From Trichlorobacter thiogenes (GTDB lineage: Bacteria; Desulfobacterota; Desulfuromonadia; Geobacterales; Pseudopelobacteraceae), in NCBI RefSeq assembly GCF_900167465.1, contig NZ_FUWR01000013.1, positions 16,288 to 80,287 of the forward strand: a stretch of 64,000 nucleotides of DNA, in the 5' to 3' direction. The notes beneath the pieces were generated by a model. It searched no databases and had not been told where the DNA came from. It worked only from the letters and a program-made list of their open reading frames with translations. Shown piece by piece: positions 49,039-60,893 of this stretch (position 1 is the stretch's first letter; every line of letters starts with the position of its first letter). A program made the position numbers and the translations under genes.

Positions 49039-49989
49039 CTAGCCGTGTGCGGCTTCATAATCTTCATTGGCTTCATGAATCCACTTATTGATCAGGAAGG
49101 TTGGCTTCTCGCTGATCATGGAACTGGCCATGGTATAGGAATAGTGGGACTTTGAACTCTTCTCAATCTCCTTGACGATATCCTCTTTAGGGATCTTGGT
49201 CAGCCGCGCCATCCGCTCCGCAATCTCGGTGCGGATATCCCGGTTGGGCTCACTCAGGATCTGCATGGTGGCCCCGGCGCAGCCGGTGCAGGGGATGCCG
49301 TTGGTTGGACAGGGGGAAAGACAGCGGTCAATGGTGGCGGATCCCATACAGATGTAGCCCTGGGAGAGGAAGCAGAGATCAGGATCGGGGATGTCATCGG
49401 TATGCTGCTTGATGACGGCAACATCACTCTTTTTCATCTGGCGCTTGCACTTGGCGCAGACCGATTCCTTGGTGGCCTTGGGTTGCTTCCCTTCCAGCAG
49501 GGAGACCAGGGCGTCAAAGATATAGGTGGGATGGGGAGGACAACCGGCCAGGTACAGATCAACATCAATCACCTTGTCAATCGGGGTTACTGACACCTCA
49601 AGGGGAGAAATCTCACGGCTGGGCAGACTGCTGGTGCTGGTGGTCTTGTTGTTCAGATAGACCGCATCAGCGATCTCTTCGCGGGTATGCACGTTGCCTG
49701 CCCCGGCCGGACCGCCAAATACGGCACATGAGCCCCAGGCGATGATCAGGTCGCAACTCTTGCGCATCTCAATCGCCGCATGGCGGTCATGCTCGTTGCG
49801 GATGGCGCCGGACACCAGGCCGATCTTGGCAGGCGGGTAGTCCTTGACATCCGTCAGCACCGGGCAGCGCTGAATCTTGACCGACTCCAGCACCGACAGA
49901 ATTTTTTCATGCAGGTCAACAATGGCAATATGGCAGCCGGAACAGTCAGACAGCCATTCGGTATTGATGGTTACCAGTTCAGCACTCAT
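49039..49989 (-). CDS. [NiFe]-hydrogenase small subunit (no Tat signal; MvhG/FrhG-like with extra C-terminal Cys clusters)
   Basis: LSDCSGCHIA...GSCAVFGGP...GCPP. C-terminus CAKCKRQ...C...C. 316 aa. Confidence 0.85.
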   Translation of the reverse strand: MSAELVTINTEWLSDCSGCHIAIVDLHEKILSVLESVKIQRCPVLTDVKDYPPAKIGLVSGAIRNEHDRHAAIEMRKSCDLIIAWGSCAVFGGPAGAGNVHTREEIADAVYLNNKTTSTSSLPSREISPLEVSVTPIDKVIDVDLYLAGCPPHPTYIFDALVSLLEGKQPKATKESVCAKCKRQMKKSDVAVIKQHTDDIPDPDLCFLSQGYICMGSATIDRCLSPCPTNGIPCTGCAGATMQILSEPNRDIRTEIAERMARLTKIPKEDIVKEIEKSSKSHYSYTMASSMISEKPTFLINKWIHEANEDYEAAHG

Positions 49990-50510
49990 GCTGCACCCCC
50001 AGCTGTACGGATGGTCAGCTTCTTCATGCAGGCGTTTTCACCGGCATGAATGATCTCCAGTGCCGAATCAGCCCCCATGATGGTCTGCAGGGCACCGGCG
50101 AAAAAGCCGTTCATCATGGTACAGAGCGAGCCTTTCTGGCAGTGGCCGAACCGGAACAGGGACTGGCGGATCATACAGTCACGAAACACCAGACTGATCT
50201 CCTGCCCTTCCGCGGTCTGCTGCACCAGACTGGGTTGATCATGCATCTTGAAGGTCTCAAACAGCCAGAGAAAGCCGTTCTTGACCAGCACGTCACGGGT
50301 GGCCTGCAGCGCCTGTTCGAGGTCATTGGTTTTGGGAATGCTGCTGGAGAGGTTTTTACCCAGGTTTTTACCTGCCAGGTAGGAGATACTGTTGGCGGAT
50401 TCGCCAATCGCCTCTTCCATACCGCTGGCAATCGCACCAAGAAACACCATGGTTTCTTGCAGGGCAAAACGGGGATCAGAAAGAGCTGGTGCGGGCGTGG
50501 CTTCTGACAT
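49986..50510 (-). CDS. V4R-domain protein, first gene of the hydrogenase operon
   Basis: Start moved to MSEATPAP (ATG 50508-50510) with a perfect AAGGAGG SD. C-terminal ...FGHCQKGSLCTMMNGFFAGAL...ENACM. Confidence 0.45.
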   Translation of the reverse strand: MSEATPAPALSDPRFALQETMVFLGAIASGMEEAIGESANSISYLAGKNLGKNLSSSIPKTNDLEQALQATRDVLVKNGFLWLFETFKMHDQPSLVQQTAEGQEISLVFRDCMIRQSLFRFGHCQKGSLCTMMNGFFAGALQTIMGADSALEIIHAGENACMKKLTIRTAGGAA

Positions 50511-50591
50511 ATTCAGGCGGCCTCCTTCTTCGGCGAACGGATTTGTCTGAAAGCTGATCAAATAACTATGTAAACTAAAGCACTGCAGAGC

Positions 50592-50645
50592 TTGTAACAG
50601 AGATTTCACCAATTGCAATAGGGCGATTTACCTATTCTGTTACAA
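50592..50645. promoter_or_regulatory. inverted repeat TTGTAACAGA-N34-TCTGTTACAA upstream of the hydrogenase operon
   Basis: Arms at 50592-50601 and 50636-50645 in the 194-bp intergenic region. Each arm contains a TGT-N-ACA core. Confidence 0.35.
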
Positions 50646-50704
50646 TTTTACCCAGGAGTTTGTACCGAGACCGTCTCCTCCAGCCTCTGATCTAAAAAAG
50701 CCGG

Positions 50705-53674
50705 TCAAATTGTTACGATGACCCGTTTCAGTTCAGCCATCAGTGTTCTTAAATCCAGCGGCTTAGACAGGTAGCCATCAAACCCGGCGGCCAGCAACCG
50801 TTCCTGATCCCCCCGCAAGGCATGGGCAGTCAGGGCTATTACCGGTGTATGCTGCCCAATCATGGCCTCGGTCTGACGCAGATGCTGCAGCGCCTCCTCA
50901 CCTCCCATCACCGGCATCTGAATATCCATCAAAACCAGATCAATACCGCCCAGATTCAATTGGTCCAGTGCTTCCTGCCCATTGCTGGCCAACCGGAAAT
51001 CGATCCTTAGCTTTTTCAGGAGACCAGCAACAAACTGCTGATTCATGACATTATCTTCTACCACCAACACCGTAAGCGGGGCCGTCCAGAGCATGGCAGA
51101 CGCCCCTGTTTCTCTCGCCTGCAACATACCGCTGCTGACACCAAAGGGAAGATCAAGATAGAAACTGCTGCCTTTGCCCGGCTCACTCTCCAGCCCGATA
51201 TCGCCACCCATCAACTCTGCCAGTTGACGACAGATGGCAAGCCCCAACCCGGTACCGCCAAAACGGCGGGTTGTGGAACTATCGGCCTGGGTAAAGGGAG
51301 CAAAGATCTTCTGCCGGGCTTCCGGGCTGATGCCGATACCGGTATCAGTAATGGTTAAGCGGACAAAGACCTGATGAGGTTCAGATTCCAGCTGCTGTGC
51401 CGTGATACTGACACTACCCTGTTCAGTAAATTTGATGGCATTGGAAAGCAGGTTAAGCAGAATCTGCTTAAAACGTAGCTGATCACCCTGAACTATTTCA
51501 GGCAGATCAGGGGCGAGATCACAACTAAACGATAACTGCTTGGCATACAAAGAGGAACGCTGGAGCGTAACGACGTCGTTAACGGCCTTTCTAAATGAAA
51601 AATCTGCATGCTCAAGTTCAATTTTACCGGCCTCAATCTTGGAAAGATCAAGAATATCATTCAGCAGTGACAGCAGGTTATCACCCGAGCTTTTAATACA
51701 GTCCAGATACTGCTCCTGCTCAGGGGTCAGTTCCGTCAAGCCAAGCAATTCCGCCATACCCAGCACGCCGTTCATGGGGGTGCGAATTTCATGACTCATA
51801 TTGGCCAGAAACTCACTCTTGGCCTGATTGGCAGCTTCGGCGGCCGCCTTTGCCTCCAGCAGGTCATGCTCTGCATTAACGCGATCTGTTATATCAACCA
51901 TTACCGTCAGGAGCAGATCCTGCTGCTGCAGTCGAATCAATTCAGCAGAGAACAGGCCATACAGCTGTTTGCCTGATTTTGATCGCACGGCAATCTTGCT
52001 GTTTCTTACAAAATGCTGTTCCTCAAGTTGGCGCTTCAGCTCAAGTCGCTGCCCGTAATCAACAAAGATCCCAAGTTCCAGGGAACTCTTACCGATCGCC
52101 TCCTCCCTGGTAAAGCCCAGCATCTGCTGAAAGGCCTCGTTCACATCAAGGTAGACCCCGTCTTCAAGTGTACTGAGGGCCATCAGTGCCGGGCTGGCGT
52201 TAAAGGCCCGTGAGAACTTTTCCTCCGACTCCTGCAGAACAGAAATATCCTTCGTAATGCCAAACAGCGCCGGGCTGCCGTTCCAGGTTCCTGCCACCAC
52301 TTGTGTTTCCACCGCTATCAAGCGACCATCCTTACAAACCAGCGGCACCGGACAGAGGGAGGCGGTACCAGCCAGCATTTCTGTGATGATCCTGCCAGCT
52401 TCATCACGCCGCTCTGCCGGATGGATAACCAGTACATGCTGCCCCAGCAGTTCTGATTCCTCATAGCCCAAACGTTGGGTAACCGTCTTATTTACCTTGA
52501 GTATCAGACCGTTATGATCAAGCACAAACAAGAAATAGTCGAGGGTATCAAAGAACGTTCGGAAGTTTGTCTCGCTTTCCCGCAGGCGCTTGTCTGTCTG
52601 GGCCACCTCAGTCAGCAGGTTGTTGAAGGTTGCTGCCAGCCGCCCCACTTCATCATCACCCGAAAGCTGTATCGGTGATGCAGCGGCCAGATGCTGCGGA
52701 TCAATCTGTCCCATGCAGTTGGTAAGCTGAGCAAGACCGGCAGTAACGGTTCCCACCAGCAACCTGACTCCCCAGACCGCTGTCAGCATCACCAGAACCA
52801 TCCCCCCCAGAAAAAACAGCCTGAAGCGTTGTACTGGCTGGTAGGCTTCTGCAGCGGGCAGGTTAGCGGCCAGAATCCAATCCGTACTCTTCAGTCTCTT
52901 AAAGGAAGAGAGCGTCCGCAACCCTTTACTATTGACCGTTTCTCCGCTTCCCTCAAACCCTTCCAGCGCCTTGTCAAACAGACGGTTCATACCGGGTAGT
53001 ACATCCTGTTTCATGATCCGGCTTGGGTCGGGATGGGCGATAAGGGTGCGATCCTGGGCATACAGATAGAGATAGCCGGTTTTCCCCACCCTGATCCGGG
53101 TCAGGGTGTTAAGAAAACTATCTTTGTCCAACAGATCTAGCGAACCTCCCACAATCCCTAACAAGCGACCATGGGCATCAAAAACCGGAGCGGTCATCAT
53201 AATACTGGGACGACCCGTTTTTGAAGATGGATAGGGATTAGAGATCAGCGGTTTACCACTGGCAACGGTTTTCAGGTAGTACTCTCGGAACGAGAAATCT
53301 TTGCCACGCCGGGCAGGTAACTGGGGAGATTCCACCAGCAGCATCCCCTGCCGCGTAAACATAAACAGCCCACCACCAAAGATACTTTTAGTGCCGCTAC
53401 GGCTATTCAGCCAGACCTGTGCTTTATCAGGAGCATTAAACAGATCAGGGGGGGTACTGGCGGCAATACTGATCAGTGCGTTATGGGCAGACATAAGCTT
53501 ATCATCCAGCCCTGAAGCAAGGGTGGAAACCATGGCAAACTGCTGTAGCTGGACCTGACTGCTGGTTTGCTTCTTAAAATACTGATAGGTACAAAGGGCA
53601 GTACTTCCTAAAACCAGCAGCAAAAACAGTGAAATACTGATAATCAGACGGCTTTGCATAGTTGGAAATCGCAT
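50705..53674 (-). CDS. hybrid sensor kinase: Cache-HAMP-PAS-PAS-HisKA-HATPase-REC
   Basis: Kinase core and REC are about 75-80% identical to those of the 41949-44609 gene. Different sensor region. Confidence 0.85.
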   Translation of the reverse strand: MRFPTMQSRLIISISLFLLLVLGSTALCTYQYFKKQTSSQVQLQQFAMVSTLASGLDDKLMSAHNALISIAASTPPDLFNAPDKAQVWLNSRSGTKSIFGGGLFMFTRQGMLLVESPQLPARRGKDFSFREYYLKTVASGKPLISNPYPSSKTGRPSIMMTAPVFDAHGRLLGIVGGSLDLLDKDSFLNTLTRIRVGKTGYLYLYAQDRTLIAHPDPSRIMKQDVLPGMNRLFDKALEGFEGSGETVNSKGLRTLSSFKRLKSTDWILAANLPAAEAYQPVQRFRLFFLGGMVLVMLTAVWGVRLLVGTVTAGLAQLTNCMGQIDPQHLAAASPIQLSGDDEVGRLAATFNNLLTEVAQTDKRLRESETNFRTFFDTLDYFLFVLDHNGLILKVNKTVTQRLGYEESELLGQHVLVIHPAERRDEAGRIITEMLAGTASLCPVPLVCKDGRLIAVETQVVAGTWNGSPALFGITKDISVLQESEEKFSRAFNASPALMALSTLEDGVYLDVNEAFQQMLGFTREEAIGKSSLELGIFVDYGQRLELKRQLEEQHFVRNSKIAVRSKSGKQLYGLFSAELIRLQQQDLLLTVMVDITDRVNAEHDLLEAKAAAEAANQAKSEFLANMSHEIRTPMNGVLGMAELLGLTELTPEQEQYLDCIKSSGDNLLSLLNDILDLSKIEAGKIELEHADFSFRKAVNDVVTLQRSSLYAKQLSFSCDLAPDLPEIVQGDQLRFKQILLNLLSNAIKFTEQGSVSITAQQLESEPHQVFVRLTITDTGIGISPEARQKIFAPFTQADSSTTRRFGGTGLGLAICRQLAELMGGDIGLESEPGKGSSFYLDLPFGVSSGMLQARETGASAMLWTAPLTVLVVEDNVMNQQFVAGLLKKLRIDFRLASNGQEALDQLNLGGIDLVLMDIQMPVMGGEEALQHLRQTEAMIGQHTPVIALTAHALRGDQERLLAAGFDGYLSKPLDLRTLMAELKRVIVTI

Positions 53675-53676
53675 CT

Positions 53677-56600
53677 CTATCTAGTGGTGGCGGTACCCAC
53701 GCCCCCTTTCCAATTCTGTTTCTGTAGTTCCTGCTGGTAGCTCACAACTTCCTGCCTCAGTTCACCAATCAGCTGCTCTGCACCTTCAAGTGAACCGGCC
53801 TTTGCCAGAGCCTCAAGACGCCGGGCAACTGCTGCCGTCCTGCCTGCCCCACAGTTCAACGCTGCCCCTTTCAGACCATGGGCCTGCATTGAGACAGCGG
53901 TACTATCGGCACGCATCACTGCGGCATGCAGTTCTGCCACTGCGTTGTCCACCTCATCCAGGAAGATGCTGATAGCGGTTTGAGCCAGATCTCGATCCCC
54001 CTCCAGTCTCTGAAGCAGGTCGTCAGCAGCAAAAACCAGTTCCTCTGTCTCCACCGGCTGATCAGTTGCAGCAACCGGATCTGAGGCCGTGCCAGTATTC
54101 GATACAGCTTGATGGCCACGTTCCAGCCACGCTGCAATAGCATCAGCCAGGCGGGCAGGTTGCACCGGCTTGGTCAGGTAATCATCCATGCCAACGCTAA
54201 AGCAGCGTTCTCTGTCCTGCACAAAGGCATGGGCAGTCATGGCGATGATCGGCACGTTTCGGTTTTGTTCTCCTGCCTCACCCTGCCTGATCCGGCTGGT
54301 GGCCTCAAAACCATCCATAACCGGCATCTGGCAATCCATCAAAATCAGATCAATCGGTAGCAGCCGCAGCATAGCCAACGCCTCCTGACCATTGGCCGCC
54401 TGTGAGACCTTATGTCCCTGCTTTTCCAGAATCGTACGGGCCACCAGCTGGTTTACCATATTGTCTTCCACCAGCAGGATTCTGGCTGACAGTACCGTTT
54501 TCTGTTTATCAGCAGGTTGCTTCTGCTGTTGCACCTGCATCTGCTCAAGCTCATTGCAAGGATCACACAGCACCGTGACCGTAAAAGAGCTACCCTGTCC
54601 CGGCAGGCTGATCAGGTTGATATCCCCTCCCATCAGACGTGCCAGTTGGCGGCTGATAGCCAACCCCAGTCCAGTCCCGCCGAACTTGCGCGTAGTTGAG
54701 CTGTCAGCCTGGTTAAATGGAGTAAACAGAGAACTGAATCGCTCTTTGGGAATACCGATCCCGGTATCCCGTATCTGGCAGCGCAGCTGGATTTTTCCAT
54801 TTTGTTGCAGTTCTGTTGAGACCTGCAGGGTAATCGTACCGGTCTCGGTAAACTTAAGTGCATTACCCAGCAGGTTCATCAGTATCTGACGCAGACGGGT
54901 TCCATCACCTTTCAGGCAGTGACACTCCTGCAGATCAAAGCGACGTACCAACAGCAATCCTTTGGCATGGCACTGTGCAGCAAACAGATCTGCCAGTTCG
55001 CTACAGAGCGTTTCAGGATCAAAGGGAAACTCCTCAAGCTGCAGATGCCCAGCCTCTATCTTGGAAAAGTCCAGGATATCATTCACAATAGCCAGCAGCA
55101 GCTCTCCGCTGGCACGGATCACCTGCAGAAAATGGCGCTGTTCATCGTCAAGCCCGCTTTCCTGCAGCAGACCGGCCATACCGATCACCCCATTCATCGG
55201 GGTACGAATCTCATGGGACATATTGGCGATAAAACGCATCTTGGCCTCAACCGCCTCCTGCACCGCCTGTTCTGCCTGTTTCTTTTCTGTGATGTCACGG
55301 CTTATTCCCACCACCCCCAGCACCCTGCCAGAGATATCCCGCAGGGGAGATTTGAGGGTATCCATCATGCGCCTGGTCCCGTCAGGGTAGGTTACCCATT
55401 CCTCATTATGACGTGGCTGCCCGGACTCCATCATCAGAAGATCCTGTTGGCGGAAAAAATCAGCCGTTGGCATGTCAAACAGGTCATGGTCACAAGCATT
55501 GATAATCTGGTCACGGGGACGGCCTACTAAACGGGCAAATTCAGGATTGCAGCCCAGATAGACTCCGTTGCTATTTTTGAAGAAGATTAGATCCGCCGTG
55601 GAAATCAGTACCCCTTCCAGCAATGCTGTCCGCTCCTGCACCCGCTTTTCAAGTTCTTCATTCAGTGCCTGCAGCTCCAGTGACTGGTGCTGCAGACTGA
55701 CCGCCATCTGCTGAAAGTTGGCCGTTAGTCCTTCCACTTCACGCACCGATGCAGCAGGCCAGACAATGGCTTCGCCATCGACAACCCGCTGGGACAGACT
55801 ACGGGTCATCTCCTCAAGACGAACAAAGACCCGGGCAAGATAGTTGGCAAAGTAATGGGCCAGTGCAATGGCCAGCAACAGGACCAGGGCAATCACACCC
55901 AGCACCTGAGATACTTTTTGGCTGGTCTGTAGCAATAGTGGCTTAAGCGACCACTGCGTTACCAGTTTCCAACCCGGCAGACTGGGCAGTGCCTCTTCCT
56001 GATAGAGAAATGAATCAAGCCAACGTTTCATTGCGCCAACGCCAGGCCTGGAATCAGGTATCCATTGCAGGGTGGTATCATCCAGAGGCCGCAGGACGCC
56101 ACCTGCTGGCAGGCTGAACGGTGTCATTGGCTTCAGATCCTTGCTGCTGCTGACAACAACCCGCCCTTCGGCATCTAAAAGAGTTACCGTTATGGGGCGT
56201 CTCCCTATCAAACTATCAAACAGTCTCTGTAGCTCTTCAAGCTTGAAGACTGAAAGTACCGCCCCCTGATAGCGACCGGCATCATGGATCGGTGCAACCA
56301 CTGCCAGACGGGGGCCGGGAGTGCCGATTCTGCCCATAAAAAATTCTACGGTGGCAAGATAGGGAGGAGTCGTAACCCGCTTCAGATACGGGCGACCACT
56401 CATATCCAGCCCAATGGTGGAGTTACCCTGTTCATCAACCTTGGGCACAAAGGCACGGGTAACAGATTGCCTATCCAGGACAATTTGGCGGCAGAGGCAG
56501 CTGTAGTTTGCATTCAGTTTTTCAAGACTATGTTGTAGCTGTTTGGGCGGTAGAGTCTCAGGAGACGGCATAACTGCAGCCACCCCTTCAACCTGTAACT

Positions 56601-57282
56601 TGCGCTGGACAAACCACAAGTCTACCGTTGTTTTGGAGATAATCCGGCTGAAGCGAAAATGGTTTTCTTTGGCGATATCCAGATCACGCTTGAAGCCATC
56701 ATGGATCGTAAACCAGCCAAAGCCAAGGGCAGGCACCAGAACCAGAGCGGCCAACCCCACAAACAGCAGTTCCCGCAGGGCCGGTTTTTGTTGCTGCACA
56801 TCCCGGTTAGTCACCCAGGGCAGCAGGCAGATCCCTTTTGCCAGCAGGGTATTAAAAATACCGTTAACCCCCTGTTTAAGGGCAATCACCAGCGTAGCCA
56901 GAGGAGCAAAACCCATCAGGTGGTGGTAGAACAGCCAGACAAGCAACAAACCGCCGGTGAACCAGTAAAGAATATCTGCATTCAGCAGGCTGAATCGCCT
57001 GCGGTTTACCAACAGGTAGACCAGCGCTGCTTCAGCGCTAAAAAGAACGACCGCCCAAGGGTGGTGCCAGTGAAACAGGGTGGCAAGTGAGGCGATCAAG
57101 GCAGCGGTCAGACCGCTGACGAGGCCAAATCGTTGCAGGGCCACCATGGTGACAATCGAACCGAACAAAAAATCAACGCCAAAAAAAAGTTCCAGATTGA
57201 ACCAGTTCAGGCAAAACCCGACCAGGCCAAACAGAAGTCCCAACAGCAGGCTGCGACCGGAACGTTCAGATTGAACGGTCAT
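53677..57282 (-). CDS. giant hybrid sensor kinase: multi-TM N-terminal domain, periplasmic domain, HAMP, PAS, HisKA, HATPase, REC, HPt
   Basis: 1201 aa. H-box [19 protein letters not shown]-terminal HPt (...[15 protein letters not shown]...). Confidence 0.85.
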   Translation of the reverse strand: MTVQSERSGRSLLLGLLFGLVGFCLNWFNLELFFGVDFLFGSIVTMVALQRFGLVSGLTAALIASLATLFHWHHPWAVVLFSAEAALVYLLVNRRRFSLLNADILYWFTGGLLLVWLFYHHLMGFAPLATLVIALKQGVNGIFNTLLAKGICLLPWVTNRDVQQQKPALRELLFVGLAALVLVPALGFGWFTIHDGFKRDLDIAKENHFRFSRIISKTTVDLWFVQRKLQVEGVAAVMPSPETLPPKQLQHSLEKLNANYSCLCRQIVLDRQSVTRAFVPKVDEQGNSTIGLDMSGRPYLKRVTTPPYLATVEFFMGRIGTPGPRLAVVAPIHDAGRYQGAVLSVFKLEELQRLFDSLIGRRPITVTLLDAEGRVVVSSSKDLKPMTPFSLPAGGVLRPLDDTTLQWIPDSRPGVGAMKRWLDSFLYQEEALPSLPGWKLVTQWSLKPLLLQTSQKVSQVLGVIALVLLLAIALAHYFANYLARVFVRLEEMTRSLSQRVVDGEAIVWPAASVREVEGLTANFQQMAVSLQHQSLELQALNEELEKRVQERTALLEGVLISTADLIFFKNSNGVYLGCNPEFARLVGRPRDQIINACDHDLFDMPTADFFRQQDLLMMESGQPRHNEEWVTYPDGTRRMMDTLKSPLRDISGRVLGVVGISRDITEKKQAEQAVQEAVEAKMRFIANMSHEIRTPMNGVIGMAGLLQESGLDDEQRHFLQVIRASGELLLAIVNDILDFSKIEAGHLQLEEFPFDPETLCSELADLFAAQCHAKGLLLVRRFDLQECHCLKGDGTRLRQILMNLLGNALKFTETGTITLQVSTELQQNGKIQLRCQIRDTGIGIPKERFSSLFTPFNQADSSTTRKFGGTGLGLAISRQLARLMGGDINLISLPGQGSSFTVTVLCDPCNELEQMQVQQQKQPADKQKTVLSARILLVEDNMVNQLVARTILEKQGHKVSQAANGQEALAMLRLLPIDLILMDCQMPVMDGFEATSRIRQGEAGEQNRNVPIIAMTAHAFVQDRERCFSVGMDDYLTKPVQPARLADAIAAWLERGHQAVSNTGTASDPVAATDQPVETEELVFAADDLLQRLEGDRDLAQTAISIFLDEVDNAVAELHAAVMRADSTAVSMQAHGLKGAALNCGAGRTAAVARRLEALAKAGSLEGAEQLIGELRQEVVSYQQELQKQNWKGGVGTATTR

Positions 57283-60080
57283 ACCGTCCCCCCCGACGCC
57301 AGCTTAAACAGTTCATACTGTTCCACAAGTATCACCCACAACGCCTGGTACTCTTCTATCCGCCCTTCACGGACCGCCATTTCAAGCTCAGCCGCAGCTA
57401 CAGACAAAGCACAGGCCCCCACGTTACCGGCTGACCCCTTAATGGCGTGGGCCTTGGCCCGCATCTGTTCAGCATCACCTGCTTCAAAGGCCTGTCGTAG
57501 CAGGTTCATATGTTCATCGGCACTATCAAAAAACATGGTTACAAATTTCTGAATGAGCGATTCATTTCCCCCCAGACGCACCAGCAGCGCCTGACGATCA
57601 AAAACCGGCTGATGCGCTTGCTCCTGGACCTGAACTTCAGCCTGCATGACAAGAGCAGCCGGCTGCTGTGGTGGCTGTCCTGAAACCATCCGTTCAATCA
57701 CGGCCAACAGATCATCCTCTTTGATCGGCTTGGATAGATAGGCATCCATACCTGCCGCAAGACAACGTTCTTTGTCACCCTGCAATGCATAGGCGGTCAT
57801 GGCCACAATCGGTACCGGTTGCCGCTTATGGGCAAGTTCAAAGGCACGGATTTCATTTGTGGCCTCAAAACCATCCAACACCGGCATCTGGATATCCATC
57901 AGGATCAGGTCGAACCCGCCATTACGTGCCTTTTCCAGCGCATCCTGACCATCAACGGCAAGAACAACCTGATGTCCTTGTTTCTCCAGAATAATCTTTG
58001 CCAGTTCACGATTAATCTCGACATCATCAACCAAGAGGATCGTACAACTACGCCTGGCCTCACGCACCTGATGGCGGGTAACCGGCCCGGTGCCTGGTTG
58101 TGCTTCGCCATGCATGATCGCCTTCAAGGCATCGTACAGCTCACTATGAATCACCGGCTTGGTCAGGTAGCCGTTCACCTTCAGCTGACGACAACGCTGG
58201 GCGTCTCCACGCTTGCCGGCACTTGGCAGCAGCACCAGTTTCAGATCATCATAGCGAACATCTTTTCTGATCTGCTCCACCAGCATCCAACCATCTACAT
58301 CCGGCATCTGCAGGTCAGACAGGACTATCTGCACCGGCCGGGTAGAAAGCGCAGACTCCAGCTTGGATCTGGCCTCTTCTGCAGTTGATGCCGTAAGCAC
58401 CTCCACCCCCCAGCGCTCAAGATAACCTTCCAACAACTGCCGGTTAATGGCCACATCATCCACCACCAGCGCAACAATCCCCTGCAGGGCGGTGGATTGC
58501 TGGGCTTCATGCTGCAGCTTATCCCGCACCCGACAACGCAGGGTGAACCAGAAGGTACTACCCTGGCCAAGCACACTTTCCACGCCGATCTCCCCCCCCA
58601 TCAACTGCACCAGACGGCGACAGATGGCTAAGCCCAGACCGGTTCCTCCAAACTTTTTAGTGGTGGAAAGATCAGCCTGTTCAAAGGGGGCAAAGATCCG
58701 CTGCAGGTGCTCCGGGTTAATCCCGATCCCTTTGTCCCGCACCTCAAAACGTAACAAGACCTCACCATCCGGCAGCCCCTGCTGTTTTGACACCAGCAAC
58801 TCTATCTCACCCTGCTCGGCAAACTTAACGGCATTACCGGATAGATTTAACAGCACCTGACGCAACCGTCCGGGATCGCCCAGCAGGCTGTCCGGCACAT
58901 CGGGGTCAACCTGAAAGACCAGCTCAAGCCCTTTCTGCCCTGCCCGCACTGCCAGGGTACGCAGAGTCTGCCCCAGCATACTACGCAACATAAACGGCAC
59001 CGTCTCTGTCTCCAGCTTGCCCATCTCTATCTTTGAAAAATCAAGGATATCATTAATGATATCCATCAGATTTTCTGCAGATATCTTGACCGATTTAAGA
59101 TAATCATACTGTTGAGAATTCAGCTCTGTATCCATCAGCAGTTCGGTCATCCCCAGCACACCGTTCATCGGGGTACGGATTTCATGGCTCATATTGGCCA
59201 GGAATTCACTTTTGGCACGACTGCTGGCCTCTGCCTGTTCTTTGGCAACCCGCATCTCTTCGCTGGACTGCATCAGCTGAATGTTAACCGAGGCCAGCTG
59301 ACGGGCCAACAGGATACCGCTGACCATGACCAATAGGACAATGCTGCCCCCTAACCCCATTTGCACGTTCTTGTAGAGTACCCGCCGGGCTGCCAATTCT
59401 TCTTTCAGCAGGGTAATCCGGTTGTTGCTTTCATAATAGAGGCGGTTGGCATTTTCGTTCAGACGTATAAACAGCGAAGGCACATGCTTGTAAAAAACAT
59501 TCAGATCTTCTTCGATTTTCATCAATTTGAGGGCATTACTCGACTCTCTGGCCTGTTCTCGTTTAGCCAGCAACTGGGCCAGCTCATCAGCTTTTTCCCG
59601 TACCTTGTCCAGATGAGGGCCAATCTCGATCAATTCAAGCATGTTGTGGGGATCATCAGCACGGGGTGTATAGGTGACCTGCTCATTCAGGTTATCAACC
59701 CCTTCAATATTCAGATCAATAGTCCGTTCAACCCGACCACCATCTTTTAACACCAACAGATCATGCTCCAACTTAAGGGTTTTTTCTTTAATTCCAGCCC
59801 GCAGGCGCCCCTGCTCTGATGTGCTGACTGATGCGACCATCCGGTTAAAATCAAGCTCCATCCCTTTAATGTCGTCAACCAGTACTTCGCCAACAAACAG
59901 ACGGACCTGTTCATTATTGCCCCGGTGTTCAAGCTCTTCCATCAGGTGCCCGATAACCACGTTAACGGCGATCAATGCCGTGAAGCCGACCAGAAATAGC
60001 CCCATCAGCAGGAACAGCAGACGAGTAGCCCGTGAAGCAGAGCTGATCATGGCCGCAGGTTGTTTAAAATCAAGTGCCAT
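57279..60080 (-). CDS. hybrid sensor kinase with two REC domains and C-terminal HPt
   Basis: 933 aa. H-box [21 protein letters not shown] x2. HPt (...[13 protein letters not shown]...). Confidence 0.85.
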   Translation of the reverse strand: MALDFKQPAAMISSASRATRLLFLLMGLFLVGFTALIAVNVVIGHLMEELEHRGNNEQVRLFVGEVLVDDIKGMELDFNRMVASVSTSEQGRLRAGIKEKTLKLEHDLLVLKDGGRVERTIDLNIEGVDNLNEQVTYTPRADDPHNMLELIEIGPHLDKVREKADELAQLLAKREQARESSNALKLMKIEEDLNVFYKHVPSLFIRLNENANRLYYESNNRITLLKEELAARRVLYKNVQMGLGGSIVLLVMVSGILLARQLASVNIQLMQSSEEMRVAKEQAEASSRAKSEFLANMSHEIRTPMNGVLGMTELLMDTELNSQQYDYLKSVKISAENLMDIINDILDFSKIEMGKLETETVPFMLRSMLGQTLRTLAVRAGQKGLELVFQVDPDVPDSLLGDPGRLRQVLLNLSGNAVKFAEQGEIELLVSKQQGLPDGEVLLRFEVRDKGIGINPEHLQRIFAPFEQADLSTTKKFGGTGLGLAICRRLVQLMGGEIGVESVLGQGSTFWFTLRCRVRDKLQHEAQQSTALQGIVALVVDDVAINRQLLEGYLERWGVEVLTASTAEEARSKLESALSTRPVQIVLSDLQMPDVDGWMLVEQIRKDVRYDDLKLVLLPSAGKRGDAQRCRQLKVNGYLTKPVIHSELYDALKAIMHGEAQPGTGPVTRHQVREARRSCTILLVDDVEINRELAKIILEKQGHQVVLAVDGQDALEKARNGGFDLILMDIQMPVLDGFEATNEIRAFELAHKRQPVPIVAMTAYALQGDKERCLAAGMDAYLSKPIKEDDLLAVIERMVSGQPPQQPAALVMQAEVQVQEQAHQPVFDRQALLVRLGGNESLIQKFVTMFFDSADEHMNLLRQAFEAGDAEQMRAKAHAIKGSAGNVGACALSVAAAELEMAVREGRIEEYQALWVILVEQYELFKLASGGTV

Positions 60081-60086
60081 GCCTGG

Positions 60087-60878
60087 TTAGCGTCCAGCCT
60101 TTGAAACGGTAATAAAGCCATAGCGACGGAAGATGGACTGGCCCTGAGGACCTGCGGCATACTCCATAAATTTACGGGCCATGGCCTGATTTTTTGAAAA
60201 AGTCAAAAGCGTCAACTGCAATTCCTGTGGCGGCGCAATCGAAGGTGGCAGATCCAGCACATCAATGCTGGGTGCGTTATCAGGAAAATAGCCGGTGGCA
60301 CGCCAGCTCATGGTCAGATCAGCATCACCGCGACGCATGGCAGCCATTATGGAACGGGAGTCAGGTAGCATCTGCACCACTTTTGCAGCCACCTTGGGGT
60401 ACAGACCTGTCTGCGTCAAAATGCGATGGGCCTCTACGCCAACACTACCGCTTTCGCTGCTGCCCAACACCACTGCCAGATCCTTACGCAGCAGCTCCTT
60501 CAGATCAGGTTTCACTTTTTTAGGATTACCTTTTTTAACCATCAACGCCATCTGGTTCATCCCAAGCACCTTGTACTCACCCAGCAACCCTTCTGGTTGA
60601 TGCTTGATCCTGAAGACAGGCTCACCCGGCAGGTAGAGATCACCTTTCTGGCTCTTTTTAGCGCTTTGGTAGAGATCTTCCGAGCCTCCCTGGGCAATGG
60701 CAATGCTGATCTTTTCCTGTTTTTCAAACTGACGGGCAATATCGGTTATGGGACGTACCATGGTGATACCGCAGTAAATCAGCAGGTTGTTACCAGCTGG
60801 CGCTGCAAACGCTGGACATGCCAGACCAAGAAGCAGCAAAAAAAGTACAAACGAAGTTGCGTAAGATTTTCTGGCCAT
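60087..60878 (-). CDS. periplasmic substrate-binding protein (PBP2 fold, ModA/TupA-like)
   Basis: Signal peptide, 263 aa. Fold assignment from general pattern. Lies between the RR and the kinases. Confidence 0.45.
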   Translation of the reverse strand: MARKSYATSFVLFLLLLGLACPAFAAPAGNNLLIYCGITMVRPITDIARQFEKQEKISIAIAQGGSEDLYQSAKKSQKGDLYLPGEPVFRIKHQPEGLLGEYKVLGMNQMALMVKKGNPKKVKPDLKELLRKDLAVVLGSSESGSVGVEAHRILTQTGLYPKVAAKVVQMLPDSRSIMAAMRRGDADLTMSWRATGYFPDNAPSIDVLDLPPSIAPPQELQLTLLTFSKNQAMARKFMEYAAGPQGQSIFRRYGFITVSKAGR

Positions 60879-60893
60879 TATTTTCCTCCTGAT

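Noticed and set aside
47578-49155. 307-aa and 214-aa plus-strand ORFs antisense to the hydrogenase large subunit
   Set aside because: Overlap the unmistakable [NiFe] large-subunit gene. No independent support.
50511-50704. sigma54 (-24 GG / -12 GC) promoter for the hydrogenase operon
   Set aside because: Candidate GG...N10...G(T) strings (for example TTGGTGAAATCTCTGTTAC) lack the conserved GC at -12. Not supportable.
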